Shown here: piece after piece, positions 1-12,155 of the stretch
Numbering within the stretch: position 1 is the stretch's first letter
How the letters are laid out: the number at the start of each line of letters is the position of its first letter
DNA from: Anaeramoeba ignava BMAN
Taxonomy: Eukaryota > Protista > Anaeramoebae
NCBI GenBank assembly: GCA_028826165.1
Contig: JAPDFW010000132.1
Span: 62,001 to 126,000 of the forward strand
Direction: 5' to 3'
DNA: 64,000 bases
The notes under the pieces: model-generated
Told to the model about the DNA's origin: nothing
The model's database searches: none
The model's input: the letters and a program-made list of their open reading frames with translations, nothing else
Translations under genes and position numbers: made by a program

Positions 1-250
1 CAAAATCAAATTCAAAATCAAATTCAAAATTAAAATCAAAATCAAAATTAAAATAAAAATCAAAATCAAAATCAAAATCAAAATCAAAATCAAAATCAAA
101 ATCAAAATCAAAATTAAAATTAAAATCAAAATTAAAATCAAAATCAAAATTAAAATTAAAATTAAAATCAAAATCAAAAATTAAAATTAAAATTAAAATC
201 AAAATCAAAATTAAAATTAAAATTAAAATTCAAAATTAAAATTAAAATCC
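1..250. repeat. (AAAATC)n/(AAAATT)n hexamer microsatellite, truncated by window start
   Basis: Directly visible tandem CAAAAT/TAAAAT units upstream of the AspRS gene. Confidence 0.95.
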
Positions 251-418
251 AAAAAGTGGAATAAACAATTTATCATCAAAATGATTCATTTTTTAAATTT
301 TTTGAATAATTTTATAACTTGATTACGTCATTTAAATTTTTTTTTTTAATTTTTTTTAATTTTTTTTTTTTTCATTTTTTCCTTCAATTTAAATCTAAAT
401 AAAATTTCTTAAAAAAAA

Positions 419-3400
419 ATGTCAAATAATCAAGAAGAAATAAAAAAACAAGAAGAAATAAAAAAGCAAGAAGAAACAAATAAACAAGAAGAAATAAAAA
501 AACAAGAAGAAATAAAAAAACAAGAAGAAATAAAAAAACAAGAAGAAACAACAGAACCAAAATTAACAAAAGGGTTTCTCATTCAAAAAAAATCTCAATC
601 CAAATTAAAATTTTAAATAATTTTTTTCCTTTTTAAATTTCAATTCAATTTTCCATTAAAATTAGTCAATTAAAAAAACTTAAAAGAGAAGAATTTCGAA
701 GACAAAAAAAACTTCAACAACAACAAGCAAAACAACAACAGCAACAACAACAAAACAAAAATCAAAATCAAAATCAAAACAAACAACAACAAAAACCATT
801 AAATCCAAATCGAGTAAAAATTCATTTCAGAATTAATATTAATTTTAATTTTTAATTTTAATTTTATAAATGAATTTTAATTTGAATTTTAATTTTAATT
901 TGATTTTAATTTTAATTTTAATTTTGATTTTAATTTTAATTTTAATTTTATTTTTAATATTAATTTTAATTTTAATTTTAATTTAAATTTTAATTTATAA
1001 ATGAATTTTAATTTTAATTTTAATATTAATTTTAATTTTAATTTAAATTTTAATTTATAAATGAATTTTAATTTTAATTTTATAAATGAATTTTAATTTT
1101 AATTTGAATATTAATTTTAATTTGAATATTAATTTTAATTTTAATTTTAATTTTATAAATGAATTTTAATTTTAATTTGAATATTAATTTTAATTTTAAT
1201 TTTAATTTTAATATTAATTTTAATTTCAAAATGAATTTTAATTTTAATTTTTGATTTTAATTTTTATTTTAAAAATTTAATTGGAAAAAAAGGGATATCA
1301 AGAAATTGGGATGATTGAACCTTTTGGAGATTTGCCAATGATTCAATCTAAATATCAAACAAAAAGAAATTGGACAAAACTTATTGAAATTGATGAATCA
1401 AAAGCAGGACAAGAAGTTTGGATTCGAGCCCAAGTTCATAATTCACGCCCAAAAGGTTTATTTTAATTTTTAATTTTAATTTTAATTTTTAATTTTTAAT
1501 TTTTAATTTTAATTTTTATTTTAATTTTAATTTTTAATTTTTAATTTTTATTTTTTAAGGTCGACTTTGCTTTTTAGTTTTAAGAGATCAAACAATTCTT
1601 CTTCAAGCAGTTTTATTTCCAGGTGGAGATGTTACAAATCCAATGATTAAATATGCTGCCAAGTAAACGGATTTAGAATGAAATTCTTAATATTAAAATT
1701 CATTTATAAAATTAAAATCAAAATTAAAATTAATATTAAAATTCATTTATAAAATTAAAATTTAAATTGAAATTCATTTATAAAATTAAAATTAAAATTA
1801 AAATTAAAATTAAAATTAAAATTAAAATTCATTTATAAAATTAAAATTAAAATTAAAATTAATATTAATTTATAAAATTAAAATTAAAATTAAAATTCAT
1901 TTATAAAATTAAAATTAAAATTAATATTAAAATTAAAATTCATTTATAAAATTAAAATTAAAATTAAAATTAAAATTAAAATTAAAATTAAAATTAAAAA
2001 TTAAAATTAAAATTAAAATTAAAATTAAAATTAAAATTAAAATTAAAATTAAAATTAAAATTAAAATTAAAATTAAAATTAAAATTAAAATCAAAATAGA
2101 ATCACAAAAGAATCTGTTGTTGATATTTATGCAACAATTACTAAATCTGCAAAACCAATTGAAAGTGATTTAATTTCACAAAAGAATATTGAATTACAAG
2201 TGAAAAAATTATATGTTGTAAATAGAGCAATTGAATTTCTTCCAATTCAAGTGGATGCTTGCATGATACCAATTGCAAATGAACAAGATGATGAAGCTGA
2301 TGAAACTGACAATAATCAAGAAAAAGAAAAAGAAAAGACTGAAGAAAAGACTGATGAAAATCAAACTGATGAAAAATCTAGAATTTCTGTTGGTCAAAAA
2401 GCTAGACTTGATAATCGTGTTATTGATTTGAGAGTAAAAATATTTTTTAATTCAAATTATTTTTAATTCAAATTATTTTTTAATTCAAATATTTTAATTC
2501 AAATATTTTATTTAATTCAAAATATTATTTAATTCAAATTATTTTTAATTCAAAATATTTTATTTAATTCAAATATTTTATTTAATTCAAATTATTTTTA
2601 ATTCAAAATATTTTATTTAATTCAAATTATTATTTAATTCAAAAAATTATTTAATTCAAATATTTTTAATTCAAATTATTTTTAATTCAAATATTATTTA
2701 ATTCAAATTATTTTTAATTAAAATATTTTTTAATTCAAATTATTATTTAATTCAAATTATTTTAATTAATTCAAAATTATTTAATTCAAATTATTTATTT
2801 TTTAGGCACCTGCAAATCTTGCAATTTTTAAAATTCAAGCTGGAATTGGGACATTATTTAGAGAATTTATGGTTGAAAATGGATTTACTGAAATTCATAC
2901 ACCTAAAATTATTCCAACAGCAAGTGAAGGGGGAGCAAATGTTTTTAAATTGAATTATTTTGATAGTAAATAAATTATTCAGAACAATTATTCAAGAAAT
3001 GGAAATGAAGTTTATTTAATTTAATTTAATTTATCAAGTTTAATTAATTTATCAAGTTTATTTAATTTAATTTGATTTAATTTAATTTTAATTTGATTTG
3101 ATTTGATTTGATTTAATTTAATTTAAAATAATTTTGATTTTAATTTAATTTGATTTGATTTAATTTAATTTAATTTTAATTTGATTTAATTTAATTTAAT
3201 TTAATTTAATTTAATTTAATTTAATTTAATTTAATTTAATTTAATTTTAATTTAATTTTAATTTAATTTGATTTGATTTAATTTTAATTTAATTTAATTT
3301 TATTTAAAATATTTAATTTTAATTTAATTTAATTTGATTTAATTTAATTTGATTTAATTTAATTTGATTTAAAATAGCATTTGCATATCTTGCACAAAGT

Positions 3401-4597
3401 CCACAATTATACAAACAAATGGCAGTATGTACTGGATTAAATCGAGTATTTGAAGTTGGTCCAGTTTTTCGAGCTGAAAACAGTCGAACATATCGACATT
3501 TAACAGAATTTGTTGGACTTGATTTTGAGATGGCAATTAAAGAGCATTATCACGAAGCACTTGATGTTATTTCTGATATGTTTATTTATCTTTTATCCGG
3601 ACTTGAAAAACGTTTTCAACATGAATTCAAAATTATTTCTCAACAATATCCTTTTGAAATGCCTAAATTTACTTCTCCTGCTCTTATAATCAAATTCACT
3701 GATGCTGTTCAATTATTGAAAGACAATGGTTATACTAAGCAAAGTGAATTTGCAGATTTGTCTACTGAATCAGAAAAAAAGATTGGTGAAATTATTAAAG
3801 AAAAGTATGGAACTGAATTTTATATTATTGATAAATTTCCTTCTTGTGCAAGACCTTTTTATACAATGCCTGATCCTGAAAATCCTGTATAAATTTTTAT
3901 CTGATTTTAATTATAATTTTAATTATAATTTTAATTTTAATTTTAATTTTAATTTTAATTTTAATTTTAATTTTAATTTTAATTTTAATTTCAATTTTAA
4001 TTTTAATTTCAATTTTAATTTTAATTTTAATTTTAATTTTAATTTTAATTTTAATTTTAATTTTAATTTTAATTTTAATTTTAATTTTAATTTTAATTTT
4101 AATTTTAATTTTAATTTTAATTTTAATTTTAATTTTGATTTTAATTTTAATTTTAATTTTTATCCGATTTTAATTTTAATTTTAATATTAATTTTAATTT
4201 TAATTTTAATTTTAATTTTAATTTTAATATTAATTTTAATTTTATTTTTATTTTTAATTTTAATTTTATAAATGAATTTTAATTTTATAAATGAATTTAA
4301 ATTATATTCAAAAATATTTAGAAATTTTCAAATTCTTTTGATTGCTTTTTAAGAGGAGAAGAAGTTGCATCAGGAGCTCAACGAATTCATGACTCAGAGC
4401 TTCTTTTAAAGAATGCAAAAGAATTAAACGTTGATTTAACACCAATTCAACCATATGTTGACACATTCAAATATGGAGCACCTCCTCATGCTGGAGCTGG
4501 TTTTGGTTTAGAAAGAATTTGCATGCTTTATTTAGGTCTTAATAATATTAGGAAAACTTCAATGTTTCCAAGAACTCCAACAAGAAATAAGCCATAA
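419..4597 (+). CDS. DARS1: Cytosolic (eukaryote-type) aspartyl-tRNA synthetase, 8 exons
   Basis: Introns 574-665, 814-1292, 1456-1559, 1663-2099, 2434-2805, 2966-3377 and 3887-4321 (all GT-AG) join in frame. Motifs: [82 protein letters not shown]-terminal QEEIKK repeats and poly-Q. Confidence 0.97.
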
Positions 4598-4786
4598 AAA
4601 CAAATTTTAAATCATTTTTCTTTTCTCTTTTCTTTTTTCTTTTTTCTTTTTCAAAAAACCAAAATTTTTTTTGCTTTTTTCTCACTTTTTTTTTTTCCAA
4701 ATTTAGATAAAAAGAAAAAATTTTTCATTTAGTTTCTTTATTTCTTTTCTTCAACAAAACATTTATTAATTGAAAAAATTATTTTT

Positions 4787-5409
4787 TCAGTTTTTTTTGA
4801 TTTTGATTTTGATTTTGGAATTTCTTTCTTTAAATCATCAATTTCATTTTCTAATGATTCAATTTTCATTTTCACTAAAAATTTTAAATTAAATTCAAAA
4901 ATAAAAATCAAAAAAAAAAGTGAATGAATAATTAAAAAATTATTAATTTACTTGTTTGTGATTCAAGTTCAAGTTTTTCAAGTAAATCAATTTTGGATTG
5001 AATTTCTTTTTTAGGTTTTTTTTCATTTAAATTTTGACTAGAAGTGATTGATTTTCTTTTTTTAATTTCCCTATTTTTTTTTTAATTTAATTTGATTTAA
5101 TTTAATTGATTTAATTGAATTGATTTAATTTAATTACTTTTTATGTTTTGAAATTTCTTGTAAAATTTTTTTTGATTCAATTTCTTCTTTAGAATATTCT
5201 GTAATTAATTTTTTTGAAATTTGAATTCTTTGATTTAAAATTTTGAATTGATTTTCTTTTAAATCATTTTCTTGTTTTAATTCAAAAGCTTTTTGTTCAA
5301 GATTTTCAAATTCATTCATTGCTTCTTGAATTTGTTCATAAATTTGATTTTGATTTTGATTTTGAATTTGATTTTGAATTTGATTTTGATTTTGAATTTT
5401 TGTTGACAT
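4787..5409 (-). CDS. Small coiled-coil hypothetical protein, 3 exons
   Basis: ORF from 5409 (MSTKIQNQNQ...) continues in frame through GT-AG introns 5137-5071 and 4951-4875 to TGA at 4789-4787. E/K/Q/L heptad-rich; no family recognised. Confidence 0.7.
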
Positions 5410-5541
5410 TTTTTAATTGAAAAAAAAGGAAAAAAATGAATAAGTTTTTTTTAACAGAAATTCCTTTTTCTTTTTTATTTAATCTTTTTCAAATAAAACC
5501 GTTAAAAAAAATATTTAAATTTTAATTTTAATTTTAATTTT

Positions 5542-7057
5542 TTATTTTTTTTCAATTAAAATATCAATTAAATTTTCAATTAAATCCAATTTTTGATCGA
5601 AATCTTTTTTTAAATTTTGAATTTTAGTAAAAATTTGGAATTTTGTTTGATCCATCAAATTTTTGAATTGATTTAAATCTTCTTCTATTAAAGATTGATT
5701 TAATTCTGGAGATTGATTTAAATTTGAAGATTGATTTAAATCTTCTTTTGAATCTTCTTTTGGATCTTCTTTTAAATATGAATATTGATTTGAATTTGAA
5801 AATTGATTTAATTCTTCTTTTAATTTTGAAAATTGATTTAAATTTGGAGATTGATTTAATTTTAGATCTTCTTTTAGTTTTGAATATTCTTTTAAATTTG
5901 AAAATTGATTTGAATTTGAAGATTGATTTAAATTTGAAAATTGATTTGAATTTGAAAATTGATTTAATTTTGGATATTCTTTTAAATCTTCTTCTTTCAA
6001 AAATGTTTTTGAATTTGAATATTCTTTTGAATATGGAGATTCTTTTAGTTTTGAATATTCTTTTAAATATGAAAATTGATTTGAATTTGAAAATTGATTT
6101 GAATTTGAAAATTGATTTGAATTTGAATATTGATTTGAATTTGAATATTGATTTAATTCTTCTTTTGGATCTTCTTTTAGTTTTGAATATTCTTTTAAAT
6201 ATGAAAATTGATTTGAATTTGAAAATTGATTTGATTTTGGAAATTGATTTAATTTTGGAGATTCTTTTAAATATGAATATTGATTTAATTCTTCTTTTGG
6301 ATCTTCTTTTAGTTTTGAATATTCTTTTAAATATGAATATTGATTTGAATTTGAAAATTGATTTGATTTTGAAGATTGATTTGAATTTGAATATTGATTT
6401 AATTCTTCTTTTGGATCTTCTTTTAGTTTTGAATATTCTTTTAAATATGAAAATTGATTTGAATTTGAAAATTGATTTGAATTTGAAAATTGATTTGAAT
6501 TTGAATATTGATTTAATTCTTCTTTTGGATCTTCTTTTAGTTTTGAATATTCTTTTAAATTTGAAAATTGATTTGAATTTGAAAATTGATTTGAATTTGG
6601 ATATTCTTTTAAATCTTCTTCTTTCAAAAATGTTTTTGAATTTGAATATTGATTTAATTCTTCTTTTGATTTTTTGGAATTTAATTTTTTTTCCCCAATA
6701 ATTAGATAGTTTGCATCATTTCCTTTCTCAATTTCTTCAAATTGAAAGTTTTCAGAAATTTTCCAAACATAATCATTTTTGTTTTCTTCAATAAATTTAA
6801 AATAAATTTTTCCTTTAGGAAGAGAAATACCGAGAAAAAAATGATCAGGAAGATTAATCATTTCATGAGGACTTTTCCACTTAAATTAATTATTGTTTTA
6901 AAAAATTATTTTTTTGAATTAAAATTTTTTAAATTAAAATTTTTTTAAATTATTTTTTTTAAATTAAAATTTTTTTTACTTGTTCGCATTCAAAAACAAT
7001 ATAAACTTTTTCAGGAATTGGATTAGTTAATGGATATCTAAAAGTGATAAACTCCAT
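5542..7057 (-). CDS. Protein with N-terminal CBM48/AMPK-beta-like glycogen-binding domain, nested repeat region and C-terminal coiled coil, 2 exons
   Basis: Exon 1 GVITFRYP..PEKVYIVFECEQ, intron 6979-6880, then WKSPHEM..LPKGKIYFKFI..W..GNDANYLII, matching the AMPK1_CBM pattern (VTFRW..VY..W..LPPG.Y.YKF..W..N.N). The exact start codon (~7057) is uncertain. Confidence 0.65.
5690..6670 (-). repeat. Coding nested tandem repeat (18-nt SNQFSN units inside longer LKEYSKLKEDPKEELNQ units)
   Basis: Visible in the DNA (ATTGATTTGAATTTGAAA on +) and in the 439-aa ORF translation. Confidence 0.9.
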
Positions 7058-7132
7058 TTAATTTAAAAAAAAAGGAAAAAAAAAAAAGGAAAAAAATGAA
7101 AATTTTATTTTTCATTTTTTTTTTCATTTTAA
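7058..7132. promoter_or_regulatory. Candidate minimal bidirectional promoter with back-to-back TTTTCATTTT elements
   Basis: About 75 bp between two divergent starts; reads AAAAAATGAAAA-TTTTA-TTTTTCATTTTTT. Same layout at 13434-13515 and 40419-40546. Confidence 0.55.
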
Positions 7133-10100
7133 ATGAATTTAATTAAAGAAGATTTTAAAAAATTTCCAACTTGTTTATCTAATTCAAACAATCCAGAATT
7201 AAAAGTTGAAAAAGATAAATTTACTGCAACAATAATAGTTCACAAAACCAAAACCAATAACAAATTTTTTAAAAAAAGTAACTCACAAAACAATTTAATT
7301 TAATAATATAATTTAATTTAAAAATATAATTTAATTTAAAAATATAATTTAATTCAAAAATATAATTTAATTCAATAATATAATTTAATTCAATAATATA
7401 ATTTCATTCAAAAATATAATTTAATTCAAAAATATAATTTAATTCAAAAATATAATTTAATTTAATAATATAATTTAATTTAAAAATATAATTTAATTTA
7501 AAAATATAATTTAATTCAAAAATATAATTTAATTCAATAATATAATTTAATTTAAAAATATAATTTAATAATATAATTTAATTCAAAAATAATATTTAAT
7601 TCAAAAATATAATTTAATTTAATAATATAATTTAATTCAAAAATATAATTTAATTTAAAAATATAATTTAATTTAAAAATATAATTTAATTTAAAAATAT
7701 AATTTCATTCAAAAATATAATTTAATTCAAAAATATAATTTAATTCAAAAATATAATTTAATTTAAAAATATAATTTAATTTAAAAATATAATTTAATTT
7801 AATAATATAATTTAATTTAATAATATAATATAATTTAATAATATAATTTAATTCAAAAATATAATTTAATTCAAAAATATAATTTAATTCAAAAATATAA
7901 TTTAATTTAAAAATATAATTAGAAAAAAATCCCAATCAAGCAACAATTACATCAGATGAAACAATTCCGGTTAATTGTGGTTTATTCTATTTCGAAGTCA
8001 AAATACTTTCAATTGCAAAAGAAGGAAAAATTTCAATTGGTTTTTTAGAAAAAAGAAGTCCAGTTAAAAATCTTCCAGGAATAACACCTTATTCATTTGG
8101 ATATTTTAGTGATACTGGAAAAACTTTTTATGATAATTCAGAAGGAGAAAATTATGGACCTTGTTTTAAATCAAATGATATCATTGGATGTTGTGCTAAT
8201 TTGCTTGAAAAAAATATATTTTACACTTATAACGGAAATTTACTTCCAATTGCATTTAAAAAATTTAATTTGAAAAGCAAAATTTTTCCTTCAATTGGAT
8301 TAAAAGAAAATGGAAGCAAAATTTATGTGAATTTTGGACAAATCCCATTTATTTATAATATTGATAATTATTTTCAACAAAAAAAACAAAAAATCAATTC
8401 CAAAATATATTCATATCCTTGTTGTGATTTAAATCAAGCAATGTTTTCTTCTGTTTCTTCTTTTTTAATATCAAGAGGGTTGGTAGATACCTTTAAAGCT
8501 TTAAACAAAGAATTTTTTTCTTATTCTACACTCCAAAATTCGAATTTTGTTGAGAATAATAACAGGGCTATATTTTTTTCAAATATAAAATTGCTAATTC
8601 TTGATGGACAAATTCAACAATCAAGTTCGCTAATTTTTTCATCCAAAAATTTCAATGAATCCAATTATACTTTGGAACTAAATTTAGTTCTACAAACACA
8701 AAATTTAATCGAATTATTTCGCAAATTCCCACTTAATTATAAACTTATTTTTCAGCAAGGAAAAGCGTTGTTATTATTGAAGAATCATTTATCACGTTTA
8801 TATTCATTTTCAACTAATTTTCGTATTTATGATAAAATACAAGAATCAAGCGAGGAGAAATTGAAGAAAAAGAAAAAGAAAAATATTTCATGGCGTAATT
8901 CAAATCAACGATTAGCATATTCATCATCAATGATAAGAAGAAATGCTTTTTATGGAACATTTCCTTCTCGAGGATCATATACTAATAATTTTAGATCGCA
9001 AAAAAAGAATATACGATTTTTTGATTCAATCAATTCAAATGCTTTTAAGAGATGGAGTCAAATTAATTTTCCAAAGGTTCATTTAAAGAAAAAAAAAAGG
9101 AGACAAAATCAAATCCAAAGAAATGGAAGATTGATTATTGAAAGAATAGAAGGATATTCATTTTCTAATTATGATGAAAGTGATTATGATAGTGATGAAA
9201 CTGAAAGTGATTATGATAGTGATGAAACTGAAAGTGATTTTTATAGTGATGAAAATGATGATGATACTGATGAAACTGATGAAACTGATGATGAAACTGA
9301 TGATGAATCTGATGATGATACTGATGAAACTGATGATGAATCTGATGATTATATTGATGATGAAACTGATGATGATATTGATGATGATATTGATGATTAT
9401 ATTGATGATGAAACTGATGATGAAACTGAAAGCACAAGTTATGAGATAAAAAAAAAAATAAAAGATAAGAAAGAGAAAAAAGATAAAGTTTCTTCAAAAC
9501 GATCAAGATCACTAGATGCAAACGAGGGAAATCCATTTGATTTCAATCCATTTAAAGAAGATGAATCAGAAAAAGAAAAATCTAAATCAAAATCAAAATC
9601 AAAATCAAAATCAAAATCAAAATCAAAATCAAAATCAAAATCAAAATCAAAATCAAAATCAAAATCAAAATCAGATATAGAATATGATCCATTTAAAGAA
9701 GATGAATCAGAAAAAGAAAGATCTAAATCAAAATCAAAATCAAAATCAAAATCAAAATCAAAATCAAAATCAAAATCAAAATCAAAATCAAAATCAAAAT
9801 CAAAATCAAAATCAAAATCAAAATCAAATTCAAATTCAAAATCAGATATAGAATCTGATGATATATTTGCAGATAATGAACCAAATTCAAATTCAAAATT
9901 AAAAGAATTAGATCCATTTGCAAATAAGAAATCAAAATCAAAATTAAAATTAAAATCAAAAGAATTGGACCGATTTAGAGATCAGAAATTCAACAAATCA
10001 AATTCAAATTCAAATTCAAAATCAAAATCAAAACCAAAATCAGAATCAAAATCAAAATCAAAATCAAAATCAAAACCAAAATCAGAATCAAAATCAAAAT

Positions 10101-11932
10101 CAAAATCAAAACCAAAATCATCAAAATCAAAACCAAAATCAAAATCAAATTCAAAATCAAATTTAAATTCAAATTCAAAATCAAAATCAGAATCAGAATC
10201 AAAATCAAAATCAAAATCAAAACCAAAATCAAAATCAAATTCAAAATCAAATTCAAATTCAAAATCAAAATCAAAATCAGAATCAGAATCAAAATCAAAA
10301 TCAAAATCAAAATCAAAATCAGATATAGAATATGATGATCTATTTAAAGAAGATGAATCAGAAAAAGAACAACAAAAATTAGATCCATTTAGAAATAAGA
10401 AATCAAAATCAAAATCAAAATCAAAATTATCTCCAAAAAAATCAAAATTAAAAAAAGATTTAAATACAGAATCAGAATCAAAATCAGAATCAGAATCAAA
10501 TTCAAAATCAGAATCAAAATCAAAATCAAAATCAAAATCAAAATCAGAATCAAAATCAAAACCAAAATCAAAATCAAAATCAAAATCAGATATAGAATAT
10601 GATGATCTATTTGAAGAAGATGAATCAGAAAAAGAACAACAAAAATTAGATACATTTAGAAATAAGAAATCAAAATCAAAATCAAAATTAAAATTATCTC
10701 CAAAAAAATCAAAATTAAAAAAAGATTTAAATACAGAATCAGAATCAAAATCAGAATCAAAATCAAAATCAAAATCAAAATCAAAATCAGAATCAGAATC
10801 AAAATCAGATATAGAATATGATCCATTTAAAGAAGATGAATCAGAAAAAGAAAGATCTAAATCAAAATCAAAATCAAAACCAAAATCAAAACCAAAATCA
10901 AAATCAAAATCAAAATCAGATATAGAATATGATGATATATTTGCAGATAATGAACCAAATTCAAATTCAAAATTAAAAGAATTAGATCCATTTGCAAATA
11001 AGAAATCAAAATCAAAATTAAAATTAAAATCAAAAGAATTGGACCGATTTAGAGATCAGAAATTCAACAAATCAAATTCAAATTCAAATTCAAAATCAAA
11101 ACCAAAATCAAAATCAAAATCAAAATCAAAATCAAAATCAAAATCAAAATCAAAATCAAAATCAAAATCAAAATCAAAATCAAAATCAAAATCAAAATCA
11201 AAATCAAAATCAAAATCAAAATCAAAATCAAAATCAAAATCAAAATCAAAATCAAAATCAAAACCAAAATCAAAATCAAAATCAAAATCAAAATCAAAAT
11301 CAAAATCAAAATCAAAATCAAAATCAAAATCAAAATCAGAATCAACATCAAAATCAAAATCAAAATCAAAATCAAAATCAGAATCAAAATCAAAATCAGA
11401 ATCAAAATCAGAATCAGAATCAGATCGACTTACATATTCATATGAATATGATTCAGATTTACAAATGAAAAAGAAAAAGAAAAAGAAAATGAAAAAGAAA
11501 AAGATTAAAATGGAGAAAATGAAAATGATGAAAATGGAAATGATGAAAATGAAAAAGAAAATGAAAAAGGAAATTAAAAAGGAAATGAAAACTAAATCAA
11601 ATACATTAAAAAAAAAGGAAAACATCTTAAAAGATTTCGAATTTTGGAAAGAATATATTAACAGTAAAAAAATTGAAGAAGTTCTCCAATTAATTACATT
11701 TTCTTCAACAAATACATTTTTAAATAATCCACTTTTTAATCAAATTGAAAGAGAAAAAACTTATTATTTTGTTAAGAAATTTACTCTTCAAATTTTGGAT
11801 CAAAAACCTTTTTCTTTATTAGAACAAATTATAAAACATTTAAATTTAACAAAAAAGAAAATGATTCGAAACAAATTAGTTAATTCTCCATTTTTAAGTT
11901 TGATAAATACTGAAGAAATTATTCGAAAATGA
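7133..11932 (+). CDS. RanBP9/10 (RanBPM/Gid1)-like SPRY-LisH-CTLH protein with a very large acidic and (SK)n insertion, 2 exons
   Basis: ATG 7133, intron 7278-7922. SPRY motifs PVNCGLFYFEVKI, ISIGF, LPG...SFGY..D.G, YGPCFKSNDIIGC, YTYNG, FPSIGL..VNFGQ.PF.YNID; LisH-like (VSSFLISRGLVDTFKAL) and CTLH-like (IKLLILDGQI..LQTQNLIELFR) segments; weak CRA-like C-terminus. Confidence 0.85.
9580..11425 (+). repeat. Coding (TCAAAA)n microsatellite encoding SK runs, with duplicated spacer blocks
   Basis: In-frame within the 1243-aa ORF; spacer blocks are arranged A-B-B-A. Confidence 0.95.
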
Positions 11933-12155
11933 TTCAAATTTCTTTTTCTTTCTTTTTCTTTTAAGATTAAAAATAATCAGAAAAATTTTTTGTTTTTTTT
12001 TATTAAATTTTGTTTTTGTTTTTCAATCAATTTCAAACTAAATTATTATTATTTTTTCTTTTAAATTATTTTTTTTCTTGATATAAAAGAGATTTAAAAA
12101 GTGTAAAAGGAATTTTGAAAATTGATTTTGTTTTATGAAAAGAAAAGAAAAGTTT

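Noticed and set aside
1-250. Telomeric repeat
   Set aside because: Degenerate mix of AAAATC/AAAATT that also occurs internally in introns and exons; no G-rich strand.
5724-6701. 325-aa antisense ORF (MKIDLNL...) resembling a leucine-rich repeat
   Set aside because: It is the stop-free reverse frame of the coding tandem repeat on the minus strand, with no independent start context or domain.
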